DNA from: Trichoplax sp. H2 | Taxonomy: Eukaryota | NCBI GenBank assembly: GCA_003344405.1 | Contig: NOWV01000125.1 | Location: 124,001-188,000 of the forward strand | DNA length: 64,000 nucleotides | Reading direction: 5' to 3' | Part shown: positions 13,000 to 25,500 of the stretch, piece by piece | Position numbering within the stretch: the stretch's first letter is position 1 | How the letters are laid out: each line of letters starts with the position of its first letter | Position numbers and translations under genes: made by a program | Notes under the pieces: generated by a model | Database searches by the model: none | The model's input: only the letters and a program-made list of their open reading frames with translations | What the model was told of the DNA's origin: nothing

Positions 13000-14600
13000 T
13001 CTATATAGACAGCGTGATTATTAACAATTAGGATGTTCCCTCAAATCCTGTCATTAGGCATGATATTGTTTGTAATTTCAGCTTCTTTCGGAGGTTCACT
13101 TAAATTCATTCTCTATATAAAGTGAATTAAAATTGTATCATCCTATAGACTAATGTGTACTATTCTTTGGAGTTATTCTATTGCACTACCAACGATTACC
13201 TATTCAAGCGGTGACAATGATTTAATTAATTAACTTTGTGCTCATTAACATTGGCTACAGTACCATAATGCAGCAAAATGGCTTGTTTTGATAAGTTATT
13301 TTTATCTATTTGATTGGCATACCTACTAGTACGTATATCCCACAAGATGATCTGTGTACATGTAACATAATACAATCCTTATTGACGACATAGCCATGGT
13401 TTTTGAGAACATTGTATAGCTATCCATCGTCTAAATTAGACATCCTACCTGGTTCATTTCAGCTAAGGCCATTTTAATTTAGACCTTTAGACTATGAGTC
13501 ATTGCAATCGTTCTCATCAATAATAGTGTATCATCCATTGTTAAATGGATGTCGATCTGATGTTTATTGTGGATAATTTTGTTTTAATTCTTTGCGGCAC
13601 CATTAGATTGACTTGTTATCATTGATAGAATAAGCCATCTTTATCAACTTGCTTACAGCATCTCCAAGTGAATGATGGTAAACTTTACGTAGGCGTATGC
13701 CAATTTTTATCCTACTCTTGCATCTCGTGATTCCCGTCTACCTATGCCATTGCGACAACCTACAACATTGTATTAAGTATGGAGAATGAATAATGCATAC
13801 ATTGATTAGATCTATATATCGATTTTCAAGGGTTGGAAATGCCTTCAAACAACGTGTCTGTAGTTGATTATCTCCTGGCACATTATTTGCTCTTTTTGAC
13901 ATACCGTATTCATTAATCTGTTTATTTACTTACTCGTATTTACCAGTTGATTTGCTAGTCGTTGGATATTATAAAGAAAATGGATTTACAGCTTTGTCTT
14001 GATGAGTTATTTTACAACTACACCCATTTCTTGAACTAAGATGAGCGCAGTTGACTGGATTAATCTTGTATGTCGAAAAGCTCATCATGGCTGATTTTAT
14101 ATTGTATTCGATAGAAGAGTTCTCTAGTGTCCACTATTCTTTCGCCTAGTGCAACGACATGAAATACGTGCGCATCATGAGAACCTTTACTTGGTTACGC
14201 CGTCCTGATAGGCTGTCATTTGTCTCTTCCAACCTGTAGATAGCATTCGTATTAATTTTGTTATTTTGGCTCTATGAAAGCAAAGTCTTCACCGTGCCCA
14301 ATAAACTCTCTTGCAATGAACAGTCTTTGCATAGCCAATTTTCGTCTATCCTATTTGGCTTTGCAAGACAGCCTTCAGCCACAGTCAGTCATGGTAATAA
14401 GCTACGCCGATTTTTACATACATTATCATCCAAATGATGGAAATAAAATGCCAGTTTACCCACATTGAAGCTATCCCTGTATGCTGGCGTAGTATATTGT
14501 AATTTAACTGGATTGCATCTGTCCATGAACTTCAATTCCAACATTGAATTGCTTTACCGTGAACTGCTCAAATATCTTTAGTAGTGGCTACTAGGATAGG
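13000..14600 (-). pseudogene. Decayed multi-exon gene: PHD-like finger followed by a Ulp1/SENP-like (peptidase C48) domain, possibly transposon cargo
   Basis: Minus-strand segments bounded by AG/GT, in the expected order: 14401-14293 (YYH / GCLAKPNRIDENWLCKDC), ~14035-13933 (IHFLYN), 13759-13657 (VVAMA*VDGNH; frameshift; RKVYHHSLGD), 13430-13323 (SSCGIYVL), ~13140-13000 (ITNNIMPNDRI*GNIL). Stops and frameshifts occur throughout. Confidence 0.4.
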
Positions 14601-14878
14601 ACTGCTAACGGAGAGTGGATTAGTGTCATTAAAAATGGGGCACGTTAGGGAAATTCGGTCAGTTTGAAAAAGACTATTCATTCACCTCGTCTTACGCCAA
14701 TATGAACTTTTAATGTATATTATTATAATAATTAATCAGTATCCAATGCTAATTGGAGTGATATAAGGATGAATTGTATAAGTTACTAGACGAAAAAGTT
14801 GTCAACTGCTAAGATATTCTTTGGCAAACGTAGCCCGCCTGCCCGTGACGACGCTAGTTAATATTGGGCACGGTCATT

Positions 14879-15758
14879 GAGTCATTGAGCACTCATGAAT
14901 TAATGGTCAGAAAAACTAAAAGTGCTTTGGAGGTAAAAGTAAGGCTAGAGTTGTTAAGGAGTCATTGAACCTTGATGAACTCATGGTCACAAAAACTAAA
15001 AGTACTTTAGAGGTAAAAGTAAGCCTAGAGCTGTTAACGAGTCATTGAGCCTTGATGAACTCATGGTCAGAAAAACTAAAACTACTTTAGAGGTAAAAGT
15101 AAGGCTAGAGTTGTTAACGAGTCATTGAGCCTTAATGAAGTCATGGTAAGAAAAACTAAAACTACTTTGGAGGTAAAAGTAAGGCTAGAGTTATTAACGA
15201 GTCATGGAGCCTTGATGAAGTCATGGTCACAAAAACTAAAACTACTTTGGAGGTAAAAGTAAGGCTAGAGTTGTTAACGAGTCATGGAGCCTTGATGAAC
15301 TCATGGTCATAAAAACTAAAAGTACTTTAGAGGTAAAAGTAAGGCTAGAGTTGTTAACGAGTCATTGAGCCTTGATGAACTCATGGTTTGAAAAACTAAA
15401 AGTACTTTAGAGGTAAAAGTAAGCCTAGAGTTGTTAACGAGTCATTGAGCCTTGATGAACTCATGGTCACAAAAACTAAAACTACTTTAGAGGTAAAAGT
15501 AAGCCTAGAGTTGTTAACGAGTCATGGAGCCTTAGTGAACTCATAATAAGAAAAACTAAAACTACTTTGGAGGTAAAAGTAAGCCTAGAGTTGTTAACGA
15601 GTCATGGAGCCTTGATGAAGTCATGGTCAGAAAAACTAAAACTACTTTAGAGGTAAAAGTAAGGCTAGAGTTATTAACGAGTCATGGAGCCTTAGTGAAC
15701 TCATAATAAGAAAAACTAAAACTACTTTGGAGGTAAAAGTAAAGCTAGAGTTGTTAAC
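14879..15758. repeat. Tandem array (minisatellite) of 11 x 80 bp
   Basis: Units start at 14879, 14959, 15039 ... 15679 with an exact 80-bp period. Consensus: GAGTCAT(T/G)GAGCCTTGATGAACTCATGGTCA(C/G)AAAAACTAAAA(G/C)TACTTT(A/G)GAGGTAAAAGTAAG(G/C)CTAGAGTTGTTAAC. Confidence 0.98.
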
Positions 15759-15759
15759 C

Positions 15760-16573
15760 TTTAGGCTCAGCGTACTCTGACCACACCGTGCGGTAAACTA
15801 GAGTCCGGCCGGACCCAGACCGAACCATGAAGGCCTGGCAAGGTACTGCACTCACTACGGTACTATCATGCAGTATGTACTGTACAGTCAGTAGCGTCGA
15901 CTGTCCACTGAGTGTACTGTACAGTACACAGTATACAGTAGTACAATCTCTGTACTGTACTGTCGTGTTTAGCGTCGTCCCCATAGAGGTAAAGTATCCA
16001 GTATGCAAATGACTTCGCCAAAGGGTTCATTAGTTGATTATAATAAAATGGCTCGAGGGTTGGTAAGGTTGATCGTGTAAGCATGCATGCCATTATCCCT
16101 TTTACAATACTGTGCAGTATAGATAGTATACTGCACTCACTGCAAATCCATGGCAAGGACGAAAAGCGTTGCGCCAGCAACAACGTTTCCTACGCTACAA
16201 GCTACAGTGCGAACTGTAGACATGGTGGATAGTACTGTAGCTGCTTGGCTAGTGGACTGTACACTCTTGATGATTGCATTGATTATTGCAAGGAAATCGT
16301 CAATCAAGACATTAAAAAGAACCTCGCTAAGGTGGTATTTGCATCAATAGGACATCAGTCAAATTTGTCAAGGTTATTTATTCAAGCAAACAAGGTGGTA
16401 CAGTGGACGTCTCGTGCCCAATCGACCACCTGATCTACAGACGATCGGCCCTTGCACTACTTTCAACGATACAAGTGATTCAGAGTTGAAAAATCCAAGT
16501 ACTATTGGTGTGTCTAGCGTGTCCATCATCGAGATTGTATTATTATTATTTTCAATCATCATCGTTGAGGAAG
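15760..16573 (+). promoter_or_regulatory. GC/CpG-enriched putative promoter and 5' region of the PPP1R12-like gene, with a TACTGTACAGTA-like motif cluster
   Basis: Local rise in GC and CpG content directly upstream of the ATG at 16574. Dense GTACTGTACAGT variants at 15875-15965. Confidence 0.5.
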
Positions 16574-19500
16574 ATGGCGCTACGTGGCAGCAACGATAAG
16601 AGGAGTATCCTCTTGCGACGAATGGAACAATTAAAAGAATGGGAGAATAGCGATACCAATAAGGAATCCAATACCATTAAATCATCGCGTCGTAGTAAAA
16701 TTAAATTTGGATTAGGAACTATGTTTTTTGCTGCTGTTAGCGCTTTCGATGAGACCGAAGTCAAGCGATTGCTTAAACAAGGCGTTGACATTGATTACTG
16801 CAATAATGACGGCCTCACCGCCCTCCATCAGGTCAGTACGACGTGGATGATAATAGCATTCAATACACGTTCTCGTATAGCGATCCAAGTCTATTTTGAG
16901 TAGCATGACTTGGACAAGATCCATCTGTATCGTAATACGGTATACACTTTCGTGTTGATTAGTTAACCCCCCCTTTCCAGCGCCCTTTCAATCGTCGATG
17001 TTCTTCGACGATAGGGCTCTTTCAAGCAATCATTGCAATACTTGATAGCATCAAATGACAAGTAGAACAAGGTCTTGACAAGATGATCAAGAAGGAAAGA
17101 GTCCACTTGACTTGTTCATTCTGATCCAACGTGCAAATTACCTTTAGTATGCCACCGCTATTCTACAGGCCAAGCCACCAATGCGCCTTGATGGATCAAA
17201 TGACAAGTAGAACAAGGTCTTGACAAGATGATCAAGAAGGAAAGAGTCCACTTGACTCGTTCATTCTGATCCAACGTGCAAAATTACCTTTAGTCACGCT
17301 ACCGCTATTCTACAGGCCAAGCCACCAATGCGCGTTGATGGTGATGGCACATTTGGTAACGACATCAACCATTCGACTCGATTACACCTTTCAGTATTGG
17401 ACAGGCTACATGAGCAAGACAGTACCCTATGTTAAGCGTCCAAGACACCAACGACGCCGCTAATCCTATCGTGAGTGTATTTTGCCCCTGGGTTACCGCT
17501 GAAAAGTCGCTCTATGCCACCATACCAGACCGTCCAGGCGTATACATTGCACTATATTATCCAGTCGCTCCAGGGTAGCTCTATACAAAACAACTCCATT
17601 CGTCTTGCTCATATTCTTTCTTTTAGGGGGGGGGGGAACCTTGCAAATGGCGTGGAGAAAATGTTTTTTAAATCATGTCTACTTGTACACTATAGCCTCC
17701 ATCATTAGCATGATAGAGAGTCTATCGATTATCATTTCATTAAATGGAACCAATTCTCTCTTCCCCCCCCCAAAAAAATGACTGTCATCCATGAGTTTAG
17801 AGGGAGTTTTCCTACAGTAAAGTGGATGGCATTCTCTCAACTCTATTTCGACATGTTGAAAAAAAAGGCACGCTCATTTCCTACTCTTTTGGGCATGCTT
17901 TCAAGCGTGAAATCACCTTCAAAAGTTCTTTCATCAATGCGATCATAGATAGAATGTTAATTTTCTAAGAGAAAGAATAGCATTGAAAATACACTTTCAA
18001 TGATACAACTCTATTCAGACGTTAAACTTTTCCAATAACAATCAATCAACCAGTTACTCTCTCGAGTACTAGACTGCATCACTATTTGTTGATACTGTTG
18101 TAGTCGTTGATTATTGAAATCCCCTTGTTTCGATCATTTTATATAGCTTGATCAAGTTACTACATCAATGCATGACCAATACGTAGAGATTTTGAAGTCA
18201 ATGCCATGAAAACAACCACGACTTAGCAGCCTTTCCATCATTTCGTCGACTTGTATTCGAGTTTGTCTCTACCATTGCTTCAAAAACGGTTCATGACTGC
18301 ATTGAAAAATAACAGATCGAAAGACGATACTAAATGATAATCGTTGTTTTATGATTCCACTGCATTATAGTTAAAGCTTGGCATGATGACGAGAATGAAT
18401 CGAATTAAAAATTATATTCGCATGTACAGTCAAGTATTTTATTTCCATTGACTTTCACCCTTTCTGCTGGATTAGTTGCTTGATTCAAAAGTACGCACAA
18501 TGTTAAAAATACTGACTGTACAAAAAGCAAATACTGTATATCTGTTCGTCTCGTATTGATGTTGGCACTTGAGCAGCGATTTCAACAGATTAGAATGCGA
18601 TTAGTCTAATCGATTGCTCTTTCAAATGAGAGTCTGCTTACCATTGGCCAAGTACGCTTACTCTTGAAGTCAGAGTTATTTAGTAAGCCTTTGTTATCAT
18701 CTATATTGCTACTATCAACCAAAATTTTGATTAATGAATAATCATTGATGAGGCAGTTAGCATAAACACCGCTTAGCAGCATAGGAGAACAATTTTTAAA
18801 ATTGCCTTAGTAGGTTGTTGTTGAGTAACAAATTTAATTTTATGGTCCAGTCGGCAAGGTCACACAATATCTTACTACTATCGTTACATTTTACCGTCGT
18901 AAACAACGGATAACTTATTAAACAGTGAGAGGATCCTTATGTAATTTTACAATTGATATTTAATTAATCAATACAATACATTATTCCGGAAGGTATCATA
19001 GGCTTCAATTCATACCGATACAGTAGTTTAGGAAAGCTTTTTATTTACCAAATTTGCTGTGAAAATGGGTCATGACTACAACTGACATAAACATCCACAT
19101 CAAAAGCCATTTCCATGACGTAAAAGTACGATATTGCTAGCGTAAACAGATCGCATTCATTAATTCATGGATTAAATTTATGAATTACACTGTACGCGTA
19201 TACTAAACGCTTACTTAGTAGCATAGATCATCCAAAATTAGAATCCATTTGCATCCTCGACATCTATTCATGTTGGAAAGTGTCATTATTGACGGTTAGA
19301 GTCGCCGAATTTTCTTCTTCCGTATATTTTAGACCTAAATACCGCTAATTAGTATACGTGAATCATGTTAGCTGGAGTAATTAACATACAAATTGTTCTA
19401 TCTTCATGCTTTTATTCGTAAGTTTAGTATTAAACGCTCGTACTAATGGATAGGATGCAACAATGATAATGAATTAATTATCTACAGTTAGATTTGGCCA

Positions 19501-22500
19501 CCATCGCTGTTTCAAGGTTATTCGTATAACTGTAGATCCTTATCAAATCATCATACTTCATAAGCATATATGTCCACACAATTCATTAGGTTGTGATTGT
19601 ATCGTTGGTAAGGATATTGCAGTGTAGTGGGATTCTAGCAGTAAAATTGTAATCATTATGGAATTGGTAAATTGCACAAGTCCATAGTAAGGACGTCCAT
19701 GTAAGGGATAAACCGTAGGAAAGTTTACAATTCCTACAGGTAGATTAGAGTGGATCACTCAGTATGAACTTGTAGCCCTGTAGTGCATCCACTTCTGTAC
19801 CCTTGTTAGACCGCCCTTGGTGAAACGTAAATGGTCACGTTATTAAACAAAACACCTTGTCAAGGTTATAGGCTTTTATATTGGTCAAAATTATGAATAT
19901 CATTAGAAGCTACTAACATGAAATAACTCGGATTTTTTCGGATCTTGAAAAGTCGCCGTTATCACTAGTTTTTCATTATACTTGCAATAAATTACAGTAA
20001 TGCTAATGCAAATTATATGAAGACAATGCAGAGTGTATATATACAGTAAAGTGCCGACAAAGTTACCTACAGAGAACAAAAAAAATTAGGCTGAATTTGT
20101 GTCGTTACTGCAGAATGGAGGATAATTTTAACGCAGTGATGCATTAGAAAAAGTAATCAAGTATGCAGTAACGTGATTTTAATGCCACAGGTCATGCAGA
20201 GTTATAATTTAGTAGAGTTTTCCTAAAATGTAGTATACCACATTATCACAGAAGAACTTTGTATATCTAATTTCTGGATATTGAAGCTCAAAACCGCATC
20301 AAGATCACTCACGATGCGAATACTACGCGTAAAATTTGACGCTTACTTCTATTGCAAGACAGTGCAATATCAATAGCAAAATAACAGTTTACGCGATCAT
20401 TGTCCATTAGTGATAAAAATTTTCCATCAGATCTGCGATATCGAATGACGCACTTATTTGAACTGATTATACAAATTCTTACCTCAAGGAAAACTTGCAT
20501 ACAGGCGCGGATTATTCAAAATTTCTTGTAATGCATAATACAGGCATGAACCACTAGATGCGATAGCTCTATCATACAGGGCATTAATACTATTTTTTTA
20601 CCTGAATAGCCATTATGCACGGTACTCACTGTTGCTTTGTAATGTATTGCAGCATCGTTAGCCTTAGTAGATGCTAAAGGTATCATCTTCGCAAATTGAC
20701 TACTTGAAACATAGCGTGATGGTAGAACTTAGGAACACTACTGTAATGGCTTATGAAATGTAGTTTATTGATGGCAAAGTTGTATCGAAATACTGTGCTA
20801 TACTCTGCAAAACTTTATACATAGATTTTTCACATTATCCATTTAAACAGTAATTACTCAGACCTCAAGGTTATAACTATGTAGTGCGTGATTTTAACGC
20901 GTTATGATACTAAGTGATTTAGTAAGCATAATTATTAATCATTGCTTAACTATTGTGTCTCGCCTAATAACATCATGATACGCGTATACAATAATGTACT
21001 GCAAACAGCTACTATATTATATTAGGAATAGTAATACTGTAGTTTTATCGTCTCAAAACCTCCATTGTGTTAACCTAAGCTTATATAGATTATGAGAATA
21101 CTGTGATTAATTCTCAACATCGATTTTTTACCTAATCAGAGTTGTATGGATGGGAATGATGAAATGGTTTCGCTATTAGTAGAAAATGGTGCCGATGTAA
21201 ATATTTGTGACTTTGAAGGTTGGACGCCGTTAATCGCTGCATCAAGTTTGGGCCACATTGATATTGCTCGGTAAAAACTACTTTGTGATACTTCAAAAAT
21301 AAAAGAATAATCTTATTCATCTCTTTTATATCCCAATAAAAACCTTTTTATTATGATAACATAGAAAAAATATAAATTTTATACTCATAAGCATTACACG
21401 TCTACAATCGAATTCTTTTGCCTTATCAATCTTACCGTAAATTTAAGCTACATATTGACGAAACTTGCTTTATTTGAGAGGTTGTTCTTTTTCAGTTATT
21501 TGCTAGAGCATAAAGCCGATATAAGTAAAGTAACTGTTGATGGTGAAACAGCTATAGATGTAGCGGAAGGTGAGGAAATGGAAGAATTGCTGAGATTAGA
21601 AGTTGAAAAACGAGGTCAGTGAGTTTCACTAATATCAATTCTCTACTTGAAGTTGTTTCTCAACTCTTTAATCAATCGATTATGACTTCAATTTAGATAT
21701 AATACGTACATATTTATTTGTACGCTAAAGTAATATAACAAAACTTTTGAACGGATAACTACTGTTGTAGGTTTAAACCTGAATCTAGTACGAGATATAG
21801 AAAGTAGAAAAATGTTAGAAGATGCTAATAAAATTAAAAATGGAACTTTGGAAGATTTAATAGATGACCGCACTGGTAAATTATTTGCTACGTAATTTTT
21901 GTATGTTATATCTTACAAATGGATCCTTTACTGTAGCCTAGTTGCAATAGCGTATTTGAAATATTAATGCATAAATAGTATTTCTCGGCTTCTAATTGAT
22001 GCGTATAAAATTATAGGCGCAACAGCACTTCATGTTGCTTCAGCAAAAGGATATAAGGAAGTTGTTAAGTATGTATGGATAATAATATATTATATCAATT
22101 GTTTAAACTACATGAAGCTTAACATTATCAATCAATTCTTCCAGGATTCTGTTAGCAGCTAAAGTGAACGTAAATGCTGTTGATTTTGAGGGCTGGACGC
22201 CATTGCATGCCGCTGCTCATTGGGAACAAGCTGATATATGTGAATTATTGGTTGAAAATAACGCTGACTTGTATGCGCTGACAAAAATGGTTAGTCTTCG
22301 TACTTGTAATTTTTTATCGTACAAGGGTATTTCAATAGCTTTATTGTTTTCTTTTAGAATGAATTTCCCAAAGACGTTGCTGGTGATGGAACACAGGATC
22401 TACTAGAAGACTTAATGAAACGATTTAAGCCCAAGCCTAAGCCTACGGTAATAGCCTATTGCAAATGTATAGCACATACATCTTAAAATGAGATTGTATC

Positions 22501-25500
22501 AGAATCCCTATTTTCTTTTTGGGTACTGATAGATTTTTGTATATGATTTACAGACGTTAGTCAGGAGGACTTCTGAAATTTCAAAGCTGTAAGCTATTAT
22601 GCTTTTTTTTGAATAGTCTTATTAAATTCATTAAAATTTCTTACCTTTAGTTTACTACCTTACTACTATTACTCTTTGTTTTGTTTGCAGAGTTAGAAAC
22701 GAGACTATTACGAGCTCTCAAGAAGTACAAGATACTGAGGTTAACATAAATTACTTGCTATTTTGCTATTGTTATAGCATTATTGCGATTAAGTAGTTGT
22801 CGTATAGCTGCTATATCTTTATTTTATTAGCATTGATTTAAAATTTATTACATTAATATACAAACAGAGTAATGCAGGTTCAAGTCCAGCTACAGATGAA
22901 CGTAGCCATTCGGAAGTTACAAGAAGAACTACTGCTCGTCAGAGAAGAGAGAGTAGACGTTCTACTCAAGCTGTAACAAAGGATCAAATTGCTCAATTGC
23001 TTTCGACGGAAAATGAACAAGAACAGCCTGCTGAAAGTGAGACCGCCAAGAAAGATAGTGATGCGTCTGATAAGGTTCAAAATGATTTAGCAACGAAATC
23101 GCACAGGCGTACTGACAATAAAATAGATACAACTACAAAAGTCGACAACAAGGCAAAGGATGATGATAATAAACTATCGCCGAAATTGTTAGAAAATTCA
23201 TCGAGTTCTCGAACTGAGAGTAAAAGAGAGCTTAAGAGTAACGATAAAACAAGTGCTTCTACTAATTCAGATACTTCCTCGGAAAGATTTCGGCTACGTA
23301 ATAGATCAAAAGTACCAGAGGAAGGTGATACGTCGCCAAGAAACGATAAAGAGCAATCGAGTACACTTAAACCAACGGAGTCCACCAAAAACAAATATAT
23401 ATCTAGAGCTGATAGTAAAGATACCTTAACTACTTCCGAAATATCTGAACCTAGAAAAGATAAATACATGTCTAGAATTGATAGTAGAGACAGCTTGAAT
23501 ACATCTAAGCCATCAGAACCTAGCAAAGATAGGGATAAAACTGGTCGCTATTGGCGCGATCGAGGGAAAGACAAAGATGAAAATTCATCTGTCAGTAATC
23601 TTAGAAGTCGTTTCAATCAGAGTGATAGTGACTCTAGTAGGAAAGGTCGCACTACTGGAAAGTCTGATTCAAACGATTTTAGTAGTCTAAGGTCTCGATT
23701 TACTGACAAAAAAGATGATGCATCATCGACGTCATCGTCATCGTCTACATCATCGTTTGGTAATCTTCGATCCCGTTTCTCCGGTAGCAATTCTTCAAAT
23801 GATACTTCTGATTCAATTGCTAATAGACGTTCACGTCTTCTAGAAAAAAATCAACCTAGCCTAAAAGAGAAAGAATCTGTAACTGGCCGAAAATATCGGT
23901 TAAGTGCCTCAGATCAAAATGTTGAAGGAGACAACTCAATTACCGCTAAGAAATCTAAACTCTTTGGTAATACAGATAGCAGTAAAACTCAGGAAAATAT
24001 GTCCCATAGCGTCTCAGATGGTAACGTAGCATTAAGTGGTGATACTGGAAAATCTAAACTTCAAGATAAAGATAGGCCTGTAAGTAAACTGAGTGGATTT
24101 TACTTTTTAATTGATGGCAATAAATAGGCCTTGTTGTATTTCTTAATTTTTAAATTCTATCATGGATTAATTAACTACTTCGTTTAGATAATATGATTAA
24201 TTTTTATTGCATTCGATTGTTTTACTGTAATCTTATTAGGCAACAGCACGTTCGGCAGTAACCGATAAATATGAAAGTAGTAATGACAGTAAGACTAAAC
24301 TATTGGGAGACAGAAAATTAAACTTTAGAAGAGACAATGATGAACAAGACAAACCTAAATTGGACTTTAGAAGGGATACACCACGGGATCGATCCGATTT
24401 GAAGAAAAGTGAATTGCATGATAGTAAAGGAAAAACTCACCCTTTTAAGCCAGAGAGGCAAGTTAGTTTTACAATTGATGAGTCAGCTAGCGATAACAGT
24501 AAGGCTGATGCTGCCCTTGAGAAAGAAAGTACATCTGCTACTAAAACTGGTGATGCTCTAACTCCAAAATTAAATGACACCAATGCCGAACTGACACCGA
24601 AAAGCGTAAAAATGTCCCATAACGACTCTCTGCTAGATCCCAAATCTGCTGAAGACAGCATTAATAAAGGAGATGATCAATCTTCTGGTAGAAAGAAGCG
24701 TCGGACACGAGATAAAAGAAGGGTAACTGGTGCTGTATTTAATAGGGACTTTTTGGAGGTAAATCCGTGGTTTCATTATAATGTTTGAAGTACTTTACTT
24801 TGCAGTATTTAAAAATCTTAGAACATAACTTACATGCGGAACTGTGAAAGCGTTCGTTGTCATGAAAAATTTAATATTTCCGTTGCTAGAGTGATGAAGA
24901 CAAAGATAGCGAGAAGAACAATAGCGTAATTAATTCAGAAACAAATCTGGTATGTTCTACATTATACTCCTTTTTCGTCTATTTTGCTTGGAAAAGTTTC
25001 GAGGTTAATATTGTTTTGTTAATATATGCGTCATTAGGTCCCAAGTGAATCCTTATCTGGTGATTCATCGATAGAAAAGACGAAGGTTTTAAATTAAGCA
25101 GTAGCATTATTAATAGATATTATTAATATATCGATTTTAATTATTTTAAATATGAATTATTTTCCACGAATTAGTTAATTGATGAACAAAAAGACGAAAT
25201 TAGAAAATTAAATGACTTATGTCAGTCATTGCAACTGGAATTAAACGATTACAAAGTCAAGTTAGAAAAGATGACTCAGGTTGGGTATTTTCTATTCCAG
25301 CCTATAATCAAACTTAGTACTTTCTTGGTGATATACGTATTGTTTACTGTTAAATTTTGTATGTATTTTTAAATTTATTATGAGATAAAAATTATTATTA
25401 TTAAAATGATTAATTCTCTATTAACTAAATTTATTATATTGTATTGTATAGCAATGTGAAAATCTACAAAAGTCTATTTCTGAAAATGATTCATCTCGTA

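Noticed and set aside
14828..14875. Helitron 3' end (GC-rich stretch followed by CTAGT)
   Set aside because: There is no clean hairpin just upstream of the CTAG and no matching 5' end or Rep/helicase remnants. It is kept only as a flank to test.
14879..15758. CRISPR-like array or coding repeat
   Set aside because: There are no unique spacers (whole units repeat), no cas genes, and the context is eukaryotic. The 80-bp period is not a multiple of 3 and frames stop in the following unit.
16150..16350. ORF beginning MARTK, like histone H3/CENP-A
   Set aside because: The similarity stops after five residues. There is no histone-fold sequence, and the ORF lies in the MYPT1 5' region.
19558..19758. 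ORF ending IQSQPNELCGHICL, reminiscent of a Polinton/adenain-type cysteine protease
   Set aside because: The catalytic His-Trp motif is absent, the spacing is too short, and no other Polinton genes are nearby. It would need an HMM hit.
23077..24661. Minus-strand ORFs of 149 aa and 74 aa
   Set aside because: They are antisense shadows of the low-complexity MYPT1 exons.
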